DNA of 64,000 nt. Source: Eubacteriales bacterium (GTDB lineage: Bacteria; Bacillota; Clostridia; Oscillospirales; UBA644). The translations under genes were made by a program, and so were the position numbers. The stretch is from assembly GCA_045635765.1 (NCBI GenBank), contig JAZTWH010000077.1, positions 10,369 to 74,368 on the forward strand, written 5' to 3'. Shown here piece by piece: positions 19,247 to 27,693 of the stretch (within the stretch, counting starts at the first letter, position 1; each line of letters begins with the position of its first letter). Under the pieces are notes generated by a model. The model was given only the letters and a program-made list of their open reading frames with translations, made no database searches and was not told the origin of the DNA.

Positions 19247-19495
19247 TTAAATGCCCGTGGAAACGACGATATTCATCACGAAGACCGCAACCACGAAAAT
19301 CAGGCCGAACACGACGGTCAGGCTCTTCAGGAGATTCTCCCGTTTTGCGGACTGTCCCTTGCCGCTGGCGTTATTGTTACGGCCGGTCAAGGCAGCCATG
19401 TCACCACCCCGGTTAGACTGCAGAGCCACGACGGTGATCAAAGCCACGGAACAAATCAAAACGATAATCGCGAAAATCATCATAGGAAAACTCAT
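19247..19495 (-). CDS. secG: Preprotein translocase subunit SecG
   Basis: 82 aa with two TM helices around a Gly/Asn-rich loop. N-terminal ...VALITVVALQSNRGG resembles the SecG LLQS motif. Confidence 0.75.
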   Translation of the reverse strand: MSFPMMIFAIIVLICSVALITVVALQSNRGGDMAALTGRNNNASGKGQSAKRENLLKSLTVVFGLIFVVAVFVMNIVVSTGI

Positions 19496-19541
19496 AACGT
19501 ATTATTCCTCCGTTTTTTACAAGTCAACATTATACCCGGAC

Positions 19542-19570
19542 ATTATACCATAACTTTCCCGATTTTGCAA
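19542..19570 (-). promoter_or_regulatory. secG promoter
   Basis: Minus strand reads TTGCAA-17 nt-TATAAT. Confidence 0.55.
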
Positions 19571-19588
19571 TACCAAAAGGGGAAAATG

Positions 19589-20464
19589 TTACGAAATGTT
19601 CATTTTTTCCCGGGACGAAAGGGTCAAAACCATAATTTCCGGACGGATAAAGCGAATGGGGAGAATGGAAAAACCCAATCCTTGGGACACCGCAAGGGTG
19701 TGTTTTCCTTTATAATATAGTCCCCGAGAATATTTCGGGAAGAAAAACTGTCGGCCAAAGCGTTTAAAAACGGGGGTTCCGTTTCCCGGCGAAAATACCG
19801 GACCCAGGAACGGGAGGCGGAGGATTCCGCCGTGGACGTGCCCGGAGAGCAACAGGTCGGGAAGGGGATCGAGGCGGTCAAACTGCAAGGGATCGTGACA
19901 GACGGCAACGGAGGGGAGCTGCGGATCCAGAGCCGGGAAAGTGCCTCGGACCATTTCCCGCCAGGACTGTCCGTACAACAACAGCAATTTTCCGTTTCGC
20001 TCCAAGGGAAGCACCCTATCGTTCAGGATCACGGCTCCGGCCTGAGAGATCCGGGCCAGGTGCCGGGCGTACTCCTCCTCCGAAAGGGTTCCTCTCCCCT
20101 TGCGAATGTCATGATTTCCCTCCGTGTAGGTGGTGAGAACCGCGGAAGAAAGGGCGGAAAACAAGGCGTAGACCGGCTCGGGAGAATGGGGTGGCTCGTG
20201 GAGATCTCCGGCCGTCACCACAAGGTCCGGAGAGGTGGCCAGTACCGCCTTGGCCAGGATTTGATTTTCTTTTCCGAATCGGCGATCGTGAAGATCGGAG
20301 ATCAGGGCAATGCGAAACCCTTCAAATTCCTTCGGAAGATGAGAAATAAAAACCCGATGATCGGCAACCCGGAGGTACCGTCCCCGGAACAAAACGAAGA
20401 GCAAACCAAAAAGAACCGTTGCGATAAGAATTCCGCCGACCCAAGGCCAAAACACCCTCAACAC
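19589..20464 (-). CDS. Membrane-anchored metallophosphoesterase (calcineurin-like, YkuE/YpbG type)
   Basis: N-terminal TM helix, then ISDLHD, GDLH, GNHD and GHVHGG motifs. Confidence 0.85.
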   Translation of the reverse strand: MLRVFWPWVGGILIATVLFGLLFVLFRGRYLRVADHRVFISHLPKEFEGFRIALISDLHDRRFGKENQILAKAVLATSPDLVVTAGDLHEPPHSPEPVYALFSALSSAVLTTYTEGNHDIRKGRGTLSEEEYARHLARISQAGAVILNDRVLPLERNGKLLLLYGQSWREMVRGTFPALDPQLPSVAVCHDPLQFDRLDPLPDLLLSGHVHGGILRLPFLGPVFSPGNGTPVFKRFGRQFFFPKYSRGLYYKGKHTLAVSQGLGFSILPIRFIRPEIMVLTLSSREKMNIS

Positions 20465-20646
20465 ATCCCTTCGATAATTCGGGAAAACGCGACTGTTTTC
20501 CTATTAAAAATATTATATCATTAAAACATTTTTGTGTCAAGCCCTAAAAAATTTAAAAAATCCCTTTACTTTTTTGATTTTTTCGTGTATAATGGTTATA
20601 TATGTATATCATTGGCATGGTTTACCATCCGAGGAGGCCTTGATTC

Positions 20647-21315
20647 ATGTTGATCGATTTTTTGACCGAACGGTACTCTTTTTCCCAATCGGGTATCGCG
20701 GTCTCGATAATTCTATATACCGTTGCCGGGATGGTGGCCCTGCTCTTTCATCGGTTGGGACAGGCCCGAGCCCATAAGGGAGAAAATTCTAAGACTGCTC
20801 TGTTCCGAAAAAATGTATTCGGGAATCTGCCCTCCTCCCTTTGGTCGGTGGTATTTTTTCTGATTACGGGGTGTCTGAGAGATTCCGTCCGAGGAGTTGC
20901 CTCTGAGGATAAAAAGTTAAACCGCCGGATTTTTTGGAACGGCGTGGGCGTAACCTTCTTCAGTGCCGTCGGATTCTTTTTCCTATACACGGTGGTAGAA
21001 TTATTGGCGGACCTTACGGGAGGATCAGCCTGGTCTGTGGTTTTACTGGGGGCCAAGGCCCTTACGGGAGCCAATCTGTCGTTGCTGTTCTTTTCCCTTC
21101 TTCCCCTGCCCGGCTCGGAGGCGGAGGTTCTGTTGAGAAGGAAGCCCTTGAGTCCGAAGGGAGAAGCGTTCCGAAAGGACGGAACCTGGCCCTACTTTGT
21201 ATTTTGTGCCACGGGAATCCTTCTTTCCTGCATCACCATTCCCGTTTACGACGGAGGCGTCCACTCTTTAATCGGGATTTTAAGTCTGTTTCCCATTCTT
21301 CTGATCGGAGGATGA
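20647..21315 (+). CDS. Polytopic membrane protein, possibly a degenerate M50-like paralog lacking HExxH
   Basis: 222 aa and about 6 TM helices. ...LLFFSLLPLPGSEAEVLL resembles the NxxPxxxLDG segment of the adjacent M50 protease, but no HExxH is present. Promoter TTTACT-17-TATAAT lies upstream (20567-20595). Confidence 0.55.
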   Translation: MLIDFLTERYSFSQSGIAVSIILYTVAGMVALLFHRLGQARAHKGENSKTALFRKNVFGNLPSSLWSVVFFLITGCLRDSVRGVASEDKKLNRRIFWNGVGVTFFSAVGFFFLYTVVELLADLTGGSAWSVVLLGAKALTGANLSLLFFSLLPLPGSEAEVLLRRKPLSPKGEAFRKDGTWPYFVFCATGILLSCITIPVYDGGVHSLIGILSLFPILLIGG

Positions 21316-21321
21316 TCCAAA

Positions 21322-22017
21322 ATGTTGCTTGATTTAATCTTAGAGATGTTTACCGGAGATACGCCGCTCTATATGCTCCTGCTGCAGATTCTATTCTCGG
21401 TCGCGGCGTTGCTCCTGGTCTTCCCCGTTCACGAATGTGCCCACGGGCTGATGGCATTGGCCCTTGGGGATGAGACGGCAAAGCATCAAGGCCGCTTAAC
21501 ATTAAACCCCATTGCCCACATTGACCTTCGGGGATTTCTTTTTCTGCTGATCCTTGGATTTGGCTGGGCAAAGCCGGTACAGATCGACTCCCGTTATTTT
21601 AAAAACCGTCGACTGGGGACGATCCTGACCGCCGCCGCAGGGCCCCTTTCCAATATTCTGTTTTGCTTCATCACCTACTTGATTTACGCAATTCTTGCGG
21701 TTTATGCAACGCAAAACGGAATTGTTTGGCTTCAAATTCTCTCCCTACTGTTTTTGTATATGGCACTGTACAACGCATCCTTTGCGGTGTTTAATCTGAT
21801 CCCCTTCCCTCCCTTGGACGGATCAAAGATCGTGGGAGAATTGCTTCCCTTTAAACTGAGATACCAATTTTACAATTTGGAACGCTATTCGAATATTTTC
21901 TTTATTGTTCTGATCATATTGTTGAACCGCACGGGAATTCTTGAGCTTTTCACCAACGGATTGATGATGCTGTTTACCCCCGTGGTCAGTGCCATTTTGG
22001 GAGGAATTTTCGGATGA
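21322..22017 (+). CDS. Site-2 protease family (peptidase M50) membrane metalloprotease
   Basis: HECAHGLMALALGD (HExxH) and FNLIPFPPLDGSKIV motifs. Confidence 0.85.
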   Translation: MLLDLILEMFTGDTPLYMLLLQILFSVAALLLVFPVHECAHGLMALALGDETAKHQGRLTLNPIAHIDLRGFLFLLILGFGWAKPVQIDSRYFKNRRLGTILTAAAGPLSNILFCFITYLIYAILAVYATQNGIVWLQILSLLFLYMALYNASFAVFNLIPFPPLDGSKIVGELLPFKLRYQFYNLERYSNIFFIVLIILLNRTGILELFTNGLMMLFTPVVSAILGGIFG

Positions 22018-22754
22018 ACGAGCCCACCTACCGATTGGAAGGATTCGAAGGGCCTCTGGACGTACTTCTGACCCTCATCGAACGGCACAAGATCGATATA
22101 TACAACATCGAGATTTCGTTGCTGTTGGAGCAGTATCTGAAGTGGATGGACGAGGCAAAGGAAAACAATTTGGAAATCACGGCGGATTTCTTGGAGATGG
22201 CTTCCCGCTTGGTGTATATTAAATCCTGTTCCCTTCTGCCGAAGACCGACGAAGAGGAAGAGGATCCCAAATGGCTGTTGGAGCAAATGCTCATCGAATA
22301 CGCAAAATATAAGAGGATCGCTCTGCAGATGCGACCCAAATACCAAGGGGACAAGATCTGGTTCAAGGAGCATCTTCCCACCGATCTGCCCAAGCCGGAC
22401 TACGAAGCCGGCAAGGAAGCCTCGGTGTTGCAGGAAACCTATCTGAGACTGATCAAACGGCACCGGGATCGGATTCACCCCCCGAAGGAGTCCTTCGACA
22501 AGATCGTCAAGACTCAGTTTATTTCCGTTGGCACGAAGATCGTTTCGGTCATGCGGGTCTTGGTGAAAAAATCCCGGTCGTCCTTTCAATCTCTGTTCCG
22601 GGGTGCAAAATCCCGTTCCGAGATCGTGGCAACCTTTTTGGCGTTGCTGGAGTTAATGCGTAGCGGACGGGTGGAAGTACGGGATACGGAAAACCAACAC
22701 GACCCGGAGATCCGATTGATCCGAAACAAAAAACAAGCGGAGGAAGCCCCATGA
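22014..22754 (+). CDS. scpA: Segregation and condensation protein A
   Basis: MNEPTYRLEGFEGPLDVLLTLIERHKIDIYNIEISLLLEQYL... ...IVATFLALLELMRSGRV. Start/stop overlaps with both neighbouring genes. Confidence 0.9.
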   Translation: MNEPTYRLEGFEGPLDVLLTLIERHKIDIYNIEISLLLEQYLKWMDEAKENNLEITADFLEMASRLVYIKSCSLLPKTDEEEEDPKWLLEQMLIEYAKYKRIALQMRPKYQGDKIWFKEHLPTDLPKPDYEAGKEASVLQETYLRLIKRHRDRIHPPKESFDKIVKTQFISVGTKIVSVMRVLVKKSRSSFQSLFRGAKSRSEIVATFLALLELMRSGRVEVRDTENQHDPEIRLIRNKKQAEEAP

Positions 22755-23461
22755 AAAATATCGTTGCCCTCATCGAGGGGATTTTGTTTGCGGCGGTGGA
22801 ACCGGTCAGCTCAGAGCAGTTGGCGTCCTTTTTGGGGATGGAAGAGGAAGAGATCCTGACGGAGCTGACTGCCCTTCAGAACACCTATGAGAAGGATCAT
22901 CACGGATTCCGTCTGGTGCGGCACGACAATGAGTTCCGCTTCTCCACAAAGCCCCAATACGGCGAAGACGTAGCCTTGTTTTTGGCAAAAAAACGTCCTC
23001 AGCTGTCCAACGCCGCCCTGGAGGTTCTCTCCATTGCGGCCTACAATCAGCCCGTAACAAAGCCCTATATTTCTCAGATTCGGGGCGTAGCATCCTCGGA
23101 AATCGTCGAAGCCTTGGAGGAAAAAGGCTTGCTACAGGAGGACGGGCGGCTGGATCTCCCCGGACGGCCCATGTCTTACGTAACCACCGACAAGTTTTTA
23201 ACCGTATTCGGCTTGGATTCTCTGGCGGATATGCCGCCCCTCAATCCGGAAGACGAAAATCTTCCCGCCGCCGGCGTGGAAATTCTTTTGACCGACGCGG
23301 TGTTGGAGAAGCCCGACCCCGAGACGACATTAGAATCCCCGAAATCTAATATATTGGATGCCACCGAGTCCGAGGCGGCATCGAAAAATCCGGTTCCGGA
23401 ATTTTCGGAGCCCGAACCCGAAGCGGAAGCGGAACGGGTCCCGTCGGAGGTTGAAGCATGA
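22751..23461 (+). CDS. scpB: Segregation and condensation protein B with an acidic C-terminal tail
   Basis: ...IEGILFAAVEPVSSEQLASFL...LSNAALEVLSIAAYNQPVTKPYISQIRGV... Confidence 0.9.
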   Translation: MKNIVALIEGILFAAVEPVSSEQLASFLGMEEEEILTELTALQNTYEKDHHGFRLVRHDNEFRFSTKPQYGEDVALFLAKKRPQLSNAALEVLSIAAYNQPVTKPYISQIRGVASSEIVEALEEKGLLQEDGRLDLPGRPMSYVTTDKFLTVFGLDSLADMPPLNPEDENLPAAGVEILLTDAVLEKPDPETTLESPKSNILDATESEAASKNPVPEFSEPEPEAEAERVPSEVEA

Positions 23462-24141
23462 ACCCGTTTTTGTGGGTATTGACCATCGCAGGCGGGATTA
23501 TCGGAATTATTCTATTGCTGATTCTTTCCTTGGTTTTTGGGAAAATACGGCTGGTAGTGGACTATCGGAAGAGTGAACTGAAGCTATGGCTGGAATGGCT
23601 CTTTCTGAAATACCACCTCTACCCCGACCCGGAAAAACAGGAATACCGAAAATCCCGAAGAAAGGTCTTTAAGGCCCGAGGTCAAGCAAAAAAGAGGCGA
23701 AAGCAATCCGCAACGGTGTCGAACCAAGACATTGCCCCAATGCCCCAACAACCGAAACAGAAAACCGGCCTTCGGGCGGCGGCAAAGCGGGAAGTGCGAA
23801 AGGCCGTACAATCGGTGCCTTTGAAGGATTACGCAAAGACCCTGAAAATCATCGTTACCAAGTTTATTGGGAAATTTCACTGCAAAAGTTTGGTCCTCTA
23901 CGCCTCCCTGGGAGGGAGCGAATCCAGCGATGTCGCCATGGATTACGGCACGGTAAACGCCCTGCTGTACCCGGTGCTCGGAGCTTTTTCGGCGGCGGGA
24001 CGGCTACACAAATGCGACGTACAGATCACTCCGGATTTTACTTCCGAAGAAACCCACGCAGAAGGAAGGGCTGTCTTTACCTTCCGGCTGTTCCGGGCCT
24101 TTGGATGCATCTGGGAATTGTCTGAAAATTTATATGATTAA
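23458..24141 (+). CDS. DUF2953-type sporulation-associated membrane protein (YtfI-like)
   Basis: N-terminal TM helix, a Lys/Arg-rich linker and its position directly upstream of ytfJ, as in other endospore formers. Confidence 0.65.
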   Translation: MNPFLWVLTIAGGIIGIILLLILSLVFGKIRLVVDYRKSELKLWLEWLFLKYHLYPDPEKQEYRKSRRKVFKARGQAKKRRKQSATVSNQDIAPMPQQPKQKTGLRAAAKREVRKAVQSVPLKDYAKTLKIIVTKFIGKFHCKSLVLYASLGGSESSDVAMDYGTVNALLYPVLGAFSAAGRLHKCDVQITPDFTSEETHAEGRAVFTFRLFRAFGCIWELSENLYD

Positions 24142-24154
24142 GGTGGTATAAACA

Positions 24155-24586
24155 ATGGAAGAAAACAAAACCCCCAATTCTGCCGCGGCAAAAAAACCCG
24201 AACAAACCCGCCGGGTCTCCCCCGTGGAAACGGTGACCGACAATGCGGTAAAAAATATCCGTTCCATGGTCGATTCCAACACCGTCATCGGCGATGCCAT
24301 CACCACCCCCGACGGTACCACGATTATCCCCGTATCTAAAATTTCCATCGGATTTGTTTCCGGCGGCTCTGATTTTGCGGCCAAAAATAATCCCAAGCTG
24401 TGCTTCGGTGGCGGCAGCGGTGCCGGATTGACGGTGACCCCCGTTTCCTTTTTGGTCATCTCCCCCTCCGGCTCGGTCAACACCCTGCCGGTCAATCAGT
24501 CCTCCGTAACGGCGGTGGACAAGATCATGGATCTTGCTCCCGGCGTCATCGAAGAAATCCGGGATTTGTTCAAAAAAGAGGACTAA
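24155..24586 (+). CDS. ytfJ: Sporulation protein YtfJ/GerW family
   Basis: ...VIGDAITTPDGTTIIPVSKISIGFVSGGSDF...GGGSGAGLTVTPVSFLVI... Confidence 0.85.
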   Translation: MEENKTPNSAAAKKPEQTRRVSPVETVTDNAVKNIRSMVDSNTVIGDAITTPDGTTIIPVSKISIGFVSGGSDFAAKNNPKLCFGGGSGAGLTVTPVSFLVISPSGSVNTLPVNQSSVTAVDKIMDLAPGVIEEIRDLFKKED

Positions 24587-24709
24587 AAGCCGGGCCAAAT
24601 ACCCCATAAAAGAGGAAAATAGGCCGATTTTGTGCAATTCAACCAAATCTGCACAATCTATCATGGTTATTTTCTACAAAGTTTTTGGCAAAAATTTTCG
24701 AAAAAATGC

Positions 24710-24738
24710 TTGCCAATGTCACAATTATAGTTTATAAT
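24710..24738 (+). promoter_or_regulatory. gap promoter
   Basis: TTGCCA-17 nt-TATAAT, about 35 nt upstream of AGGAGG and ATG 24774. Confidence 0.65.
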
Positions 24739-24773
24739 ATAATCAATAATAAAATCATTAGGAGGAATTTCCA

Positions 24774-25790
24774 ATGTCCGTAAAAGTTGCCATTAACGGT
24801 TTCGGTCGTATCGGCCGTCTGGCTTTCCGTCAGATGTTCGGTGCAGAAGGTTACGAAATCGTCGCCATCAACGACCTGACCAAACCCAGCATGCTCGCTC
24901 ATCTTCTGAAGTACGACACCGCTCAGGGTCGTTACGACGGCCACACCGTTGCTTCCGATGACGAAGCCGGCACCATCACCGTAGACGGTAAAGTCCTGAA
25001 GATCTATGCGGAAAAGAACGCCGCTGATCTTCCCTGGGGCGAACTGGGCGTAGACGTTGTCCTGGAATGCACCGGTTTCTACTGCTCCAAGGAAAAGAGT
25101 CAGGCTCACATCGATGCCGGCGCTAAGAAGGTCGTTATCTCTGCTCCCGCAGGCAAGGATCTTCCCACCATCGTTTACAGCGTGAACGAAAAGACCCTGA
25201 CCAAGGAAGACAACATCATTTCCGCTGCTTCCTGCACCACCAACTGCCTGGCTCCCATGGCCAAGGCCCTCAACGATTACGCTCCCATCCAGAGCGGCAT
25301 CATGACCACCGTTCATGCTTACACCGGCGATCAGATGATCCTGGACGGCCCCCACAGAAAGGGCGACCTGCGTCGTGCCCGTGCCGGTGCTCAGAATATC
25401 GTTCCCAACTCCACCGGTGCTGCTAAGGCAATCGGCCTGGTTATTCCCGAACTGGACGGCAAGCTCATCGGCTCCGCTCAGCGCGTTCCCACCTGCACCG
25501 GCTCTACCACTCTGTTGGTTGCCGTTGTTAAGGGCAAGGACATCACCAAGGAAGGCATCAACGCCGCTATGAAGGCTGCTGCTTCCGATTCCTTCGGCTA
25601 CAACGAAGATCAGATCGTTTCTTCCGATACCATCGGGATCCGTTACGGCTCTCTCTACGATGCCACCCAGACCATGGTCGCTAAGATCGACGACGATACC
25701 TATCAAGTTCAGGTCGTTTCTTGGTACGACAACGAAAACTCCTACACCAGCCAGATGGTCCGCACCATTAAGTACTTCGCTGAAATCTGA
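24774..25790 (+). CDS. gap: Type I glyceraldehyde-3-phosphate dehydrogenase
   Basis: [19 protein letters not shown]...SCTTNCLAP...WYDNENSY. Confidence 0.97.
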   Translation: MSVKVAINGFGRIGRLAFRQMFGAEGYEIVAINDLTKPSMLAHLLKYDTAQGRYDGHTVASDDEAGTITVDGKVLKIYAEKNAADLPWGELGVDVVLECTGFYCSKEKSQAHIDAGAKKVVISAPAGKDLPTIVYSVNEKTLTKEDNIISAASCTTNCLAPMAKALNDYAPIQSGIMTTVHAYTGDQMILDGPHRKGDLRRARAGAQNIVPNSTGAAKAIGLVIPELDGKLIGSAQRVPTCTGSTTLLVAVVKGKDITKEGINAAMKAAASDSFGYNEDQIVSSDTIGIRYGSLYDATQTMVAKIDDDTYQVQVVSWYDNENSYTSQMVRTIKYFAEI

Positions 25791-25812
25791 GTTTTCACCA
25801 ACGAAAACACTA

Positions 25813-25839
25813 ACCCCCGCCAAAACGGCGGGGGTTTTT
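25813..25839 (+). terminator. gap intrinsic terminator
   Basis: CCCCCGCC-aaaac-GGCGGGGG followed by TTTTT. Confidence 0.8.
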
Positions 25840-25844
25840 GCATA

Positions 25845-25869
25845 CAAAAACAGGGGAACACACCCCCTG
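25845..25869 (-). terminator. Convergent minus-strand terminator
   Basis: CAGGGG-N7-CCCCTG followed by TTTTTG on the minus strand, back to back with the gap terminator. Confidence 0.5.
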
Positions 25870-26049
25870 AATCGACTTAAATTCCTCCGAAAATCGTTCT
25901 TTTCCAGTTCTACCCCCCCTCGGACCTTTTTCTTGAATATAAAGCGTTTTAGAAGAAGCTTGTGAGGTTTCTTTGGAAGCAGAGGCGCGTTCCCGCATCG
26001 GCAAAGGGTCGTCCAAAGCAACGTCCTTGCCCGAAATTCGATCCCCGCC

Positions 26050-27121
26050 GACGGGAAGATCTTCTTTTCTGCAGAAAGTGAATTTTTGGTATTTACATTT
26101 CGATCGGGTTGTGATATACTGTTCATAGAAGCATCACGAAGGAAGGCGTACGATGGGTTTTTCCCATAACGAGACGTCATGTCCTGAGTGATGTTTTCTA
26201 TTTTTGTAATATCTCTCAAGAGCTTGTCGCGATTATTGTTTTTTACATTGATCAATCCTTTGTAATATTCGTTCCCTACCTTAAACATAACATCGAAATA
26301 ATCAAATCCTCCAACCGCATCGATGTGGATATGACCATCTTTTTCATCTGGCTCGTTTCGAAATCCAAACCCTGCATCCATAAGGTTGTCAAGCTCGGGG
26401 GCAGCCCTCAACTTCGCTTCATAAATTTCGCCTGACACATGTTTTGCTGGATGAGTATACTCATCTGCTGTTACGCCGTTTACAAATACCCTATTGTCCA
26501 GACCAATTACTTTTCCTTGGAAGCGACTTTTTATAATTTGGGTAGCCAGTGCAGTCTGTTCCTTAACACTCAATCCATCAAACAATTTTTGATCTGTATC
26601 GACCTTTACAAAACGTTGTCCATCCTCGAATTCATAAAGTGAATATTTTACCCCATCGCTCTCGGCGGTATTTTTTGCGTCTGATTGGTTTCTCGGTAGA
26701 TATCCTCAAAGACCTTCTTTGCCTTTTCTAACTGTCGGGCTTCTTTACTTCCCGCCGTGGCAACCTTGCAAAGGTATTTGATCTCGTCAAACACCTTTTG
26801 GAATACGTTCCGATGGTTCGTGGAAAGGTTTCGCACAAAATCTGCGTCGGTAAAAAGGTAATCACCCACCAATTCAGCGGTCAATTCTCCGTGGATATTG
26901 GCACTATCTACGTTGGCATACAATGTTTCTATGGATTCTCTGCGGCTCTGAAGCTCTCCTTTGCCCTCGGCGTATTGGAACAATGCCGTTTGCTGTTGGG
27001 AATACAGCGCCGTTCCTTCCAGAACGTGGGTGAGCTGGTGACCGACGACGGAGTTCAAAGCTTTTGCAGAATTGACGTTGACCGTAACGGCACCGTTGGA
27101 GATGTAATTGCTGTCAAAATG
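26050..27121 (-). pseudogene. Truncated, frameshifted fragment of a large multidomain (polyvalent-type) mobile-element protein
   Basis: The frame opens just after a TAA at 27122-27124, beside the tRNA-Ala terminator. It reads ...NSAKALNSVVGHQLTHVLEG (degenerate HExxH) ...FVRNLSTNHRNVFQKVFDEIKYL.... Continuity then needs a 1-nt shift in the A6 run at about 26678, after which it reads ...NTAESDGVKYSLYEFEDGQRF...HPAKHVSGEIYEAKLRAAPELDNLM...HIHIDAVGGFDYFDVMFKVGNEYYKGLINVKNN. There is no credible C-terminus. Visibly more AT-rich than its flanks. Confidence 0.6.
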
Positions 27122-27130
27122 TTAGAGAAA

Positions 27131-27171
27131 AGAACAGAAGACCCGTCCTCTTTGGTCGGGTCTTCTGTTCT
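27131..27171 (-). terminator. Intrinsic terminator after tRNA-Ala
   Basis: 15-bp stem AGAACAGAAGACCCG / CGGGTCTTCTGTTCT followed by ttttctc on the minus strand. Confidence 0.75.
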
Positions 27172-27247
27172 TGGTGGAGCGTAGGGGATTCGAACCCCTG
27201 ACCCCAACACTGCCAGTGTTGTGCGCTACCAACTGCGCTAACGCCCC
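27172..27247 (-). tRNA. tRNA-Ala (GGC)
   Basis: Acceptor GGGGCGT/ACGCTCC with the G3:U70 Ala identity pair, anticodon arm CAACA-CTGGCAG-TGTTG, encoded CCA. Confidence 0.9.
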
Positions 27248-27275
27248 GTATTTTGTTTATGAGAATATAAGCAAT

Positions 27276-27315
27276 CAAAGCAAAAGACTGACTGAAACGG
27301 CAGTCTTTTGCTTTG
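27276..27315 (-). other. 15-bp perfect stem-loop immediately 3' of tRNA-Ser (inter-tRNA spacer)
   Basis: CAAAGCAAAAGACTG-N10-CAGTCTTTTGCTTTG. The arm starts inside the CCA end of tRNA-Ser and has no T-tract. Confidence 0.5.
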
Positions 27316-27404
27316 GCGGAGATGGAGAGATTTGAACTCTCGCGCCGGTCTCCCGACCTACACCCTTAGCAGGGGCGCCTCTTCACCAACTTGAGTACAT
27401 CTCC
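27314..27404 (-). tRNA. tRNA-Ser (GCT), long variable arm
   Basis: GGAGATGTACTCAAGTTGGTGAAGAG..., anticodon loop CTGCTAA, variable arm GGTGTAGGTCGGGAGACCGGCGC, encoded CCA. Confidence 0.88.
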
Positions 27405-27430
27405 GTACTCTCGACTGCTGATACCCGTAT

Positions 27431-27459
27431 ATTATACCTGATTTCTGAGGATTTGTCAA
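27431..27459 (-). promoter_or_regulatory. Consensus promoter of the tRNA-Ser/tRNA-Ala unit
   Basis: Minus strand reads TTGACA-17 nt-TATAAT exactly, about 25 nt upstream of tRNA-Ser. Confidence 0.75.
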
Positions 27460-27643
27460 GGGGTTTCCAAGAAATAATTGTGACGTTTTTGCAAAACATA
27501 CGACAGAAAAAAACACATGGATTTGTCCGTGGCCGGCGTCCTGTATTCATTAGACTTAAGGTCGATGGAATCTCCCTCCCCCGCAGTCCGACGGCTCTCC
27601 TATTGCTTTTTTGGGGAGGGGGGGGATATCTGGGAACGGAATA

Positions 27644-27678
27644 AAACGGTCGGAGGCAATTTAGGCATCCGACCGTTT
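27644..27678 (-). terminator. potD terminator
   Basis: AAACGGTCGG-N15-CCGACCGTTT followed by ttattcc on the minus strand. Confidence 0.65.
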
Positions 27679-27693
27679 GAGGGTTAATTTCTT

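Noticed and set aside
24630-24656. TTGTGCA-N13-TGCACAA inverted repeat upstream of gap, considered as a Rex or CggR operator
   Set aside because: The half-sites and spacing do not match the Rex consensus (TTGTGAA-N6-TTCACAA). The repeat lies 54 nt upstream of the -35 box and may simply be a weak hairpin after ytfJ.
24732-26585. 617-aa minus-strand ORF, the longest in this region
   Set aside because: It is a chimera. Only the first ~180 codons (26050-26585) look protein-like, and those belong to the mobile-element remnant. The rest is Gly/Val-rich antisense of gap, which is unambiguous on the + strand.
25790-27250. att-type direct repeat of the tRNA-Ala 3' end that would mark the far boundary of an integrated element
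   Set aside because: By eye I found no copy of the tRNA 3' segment (GGATTCGAACCCCTGACC) in 25790-27130. The element appears to be largely deleted, so its boundaries cannot be defined from this window.
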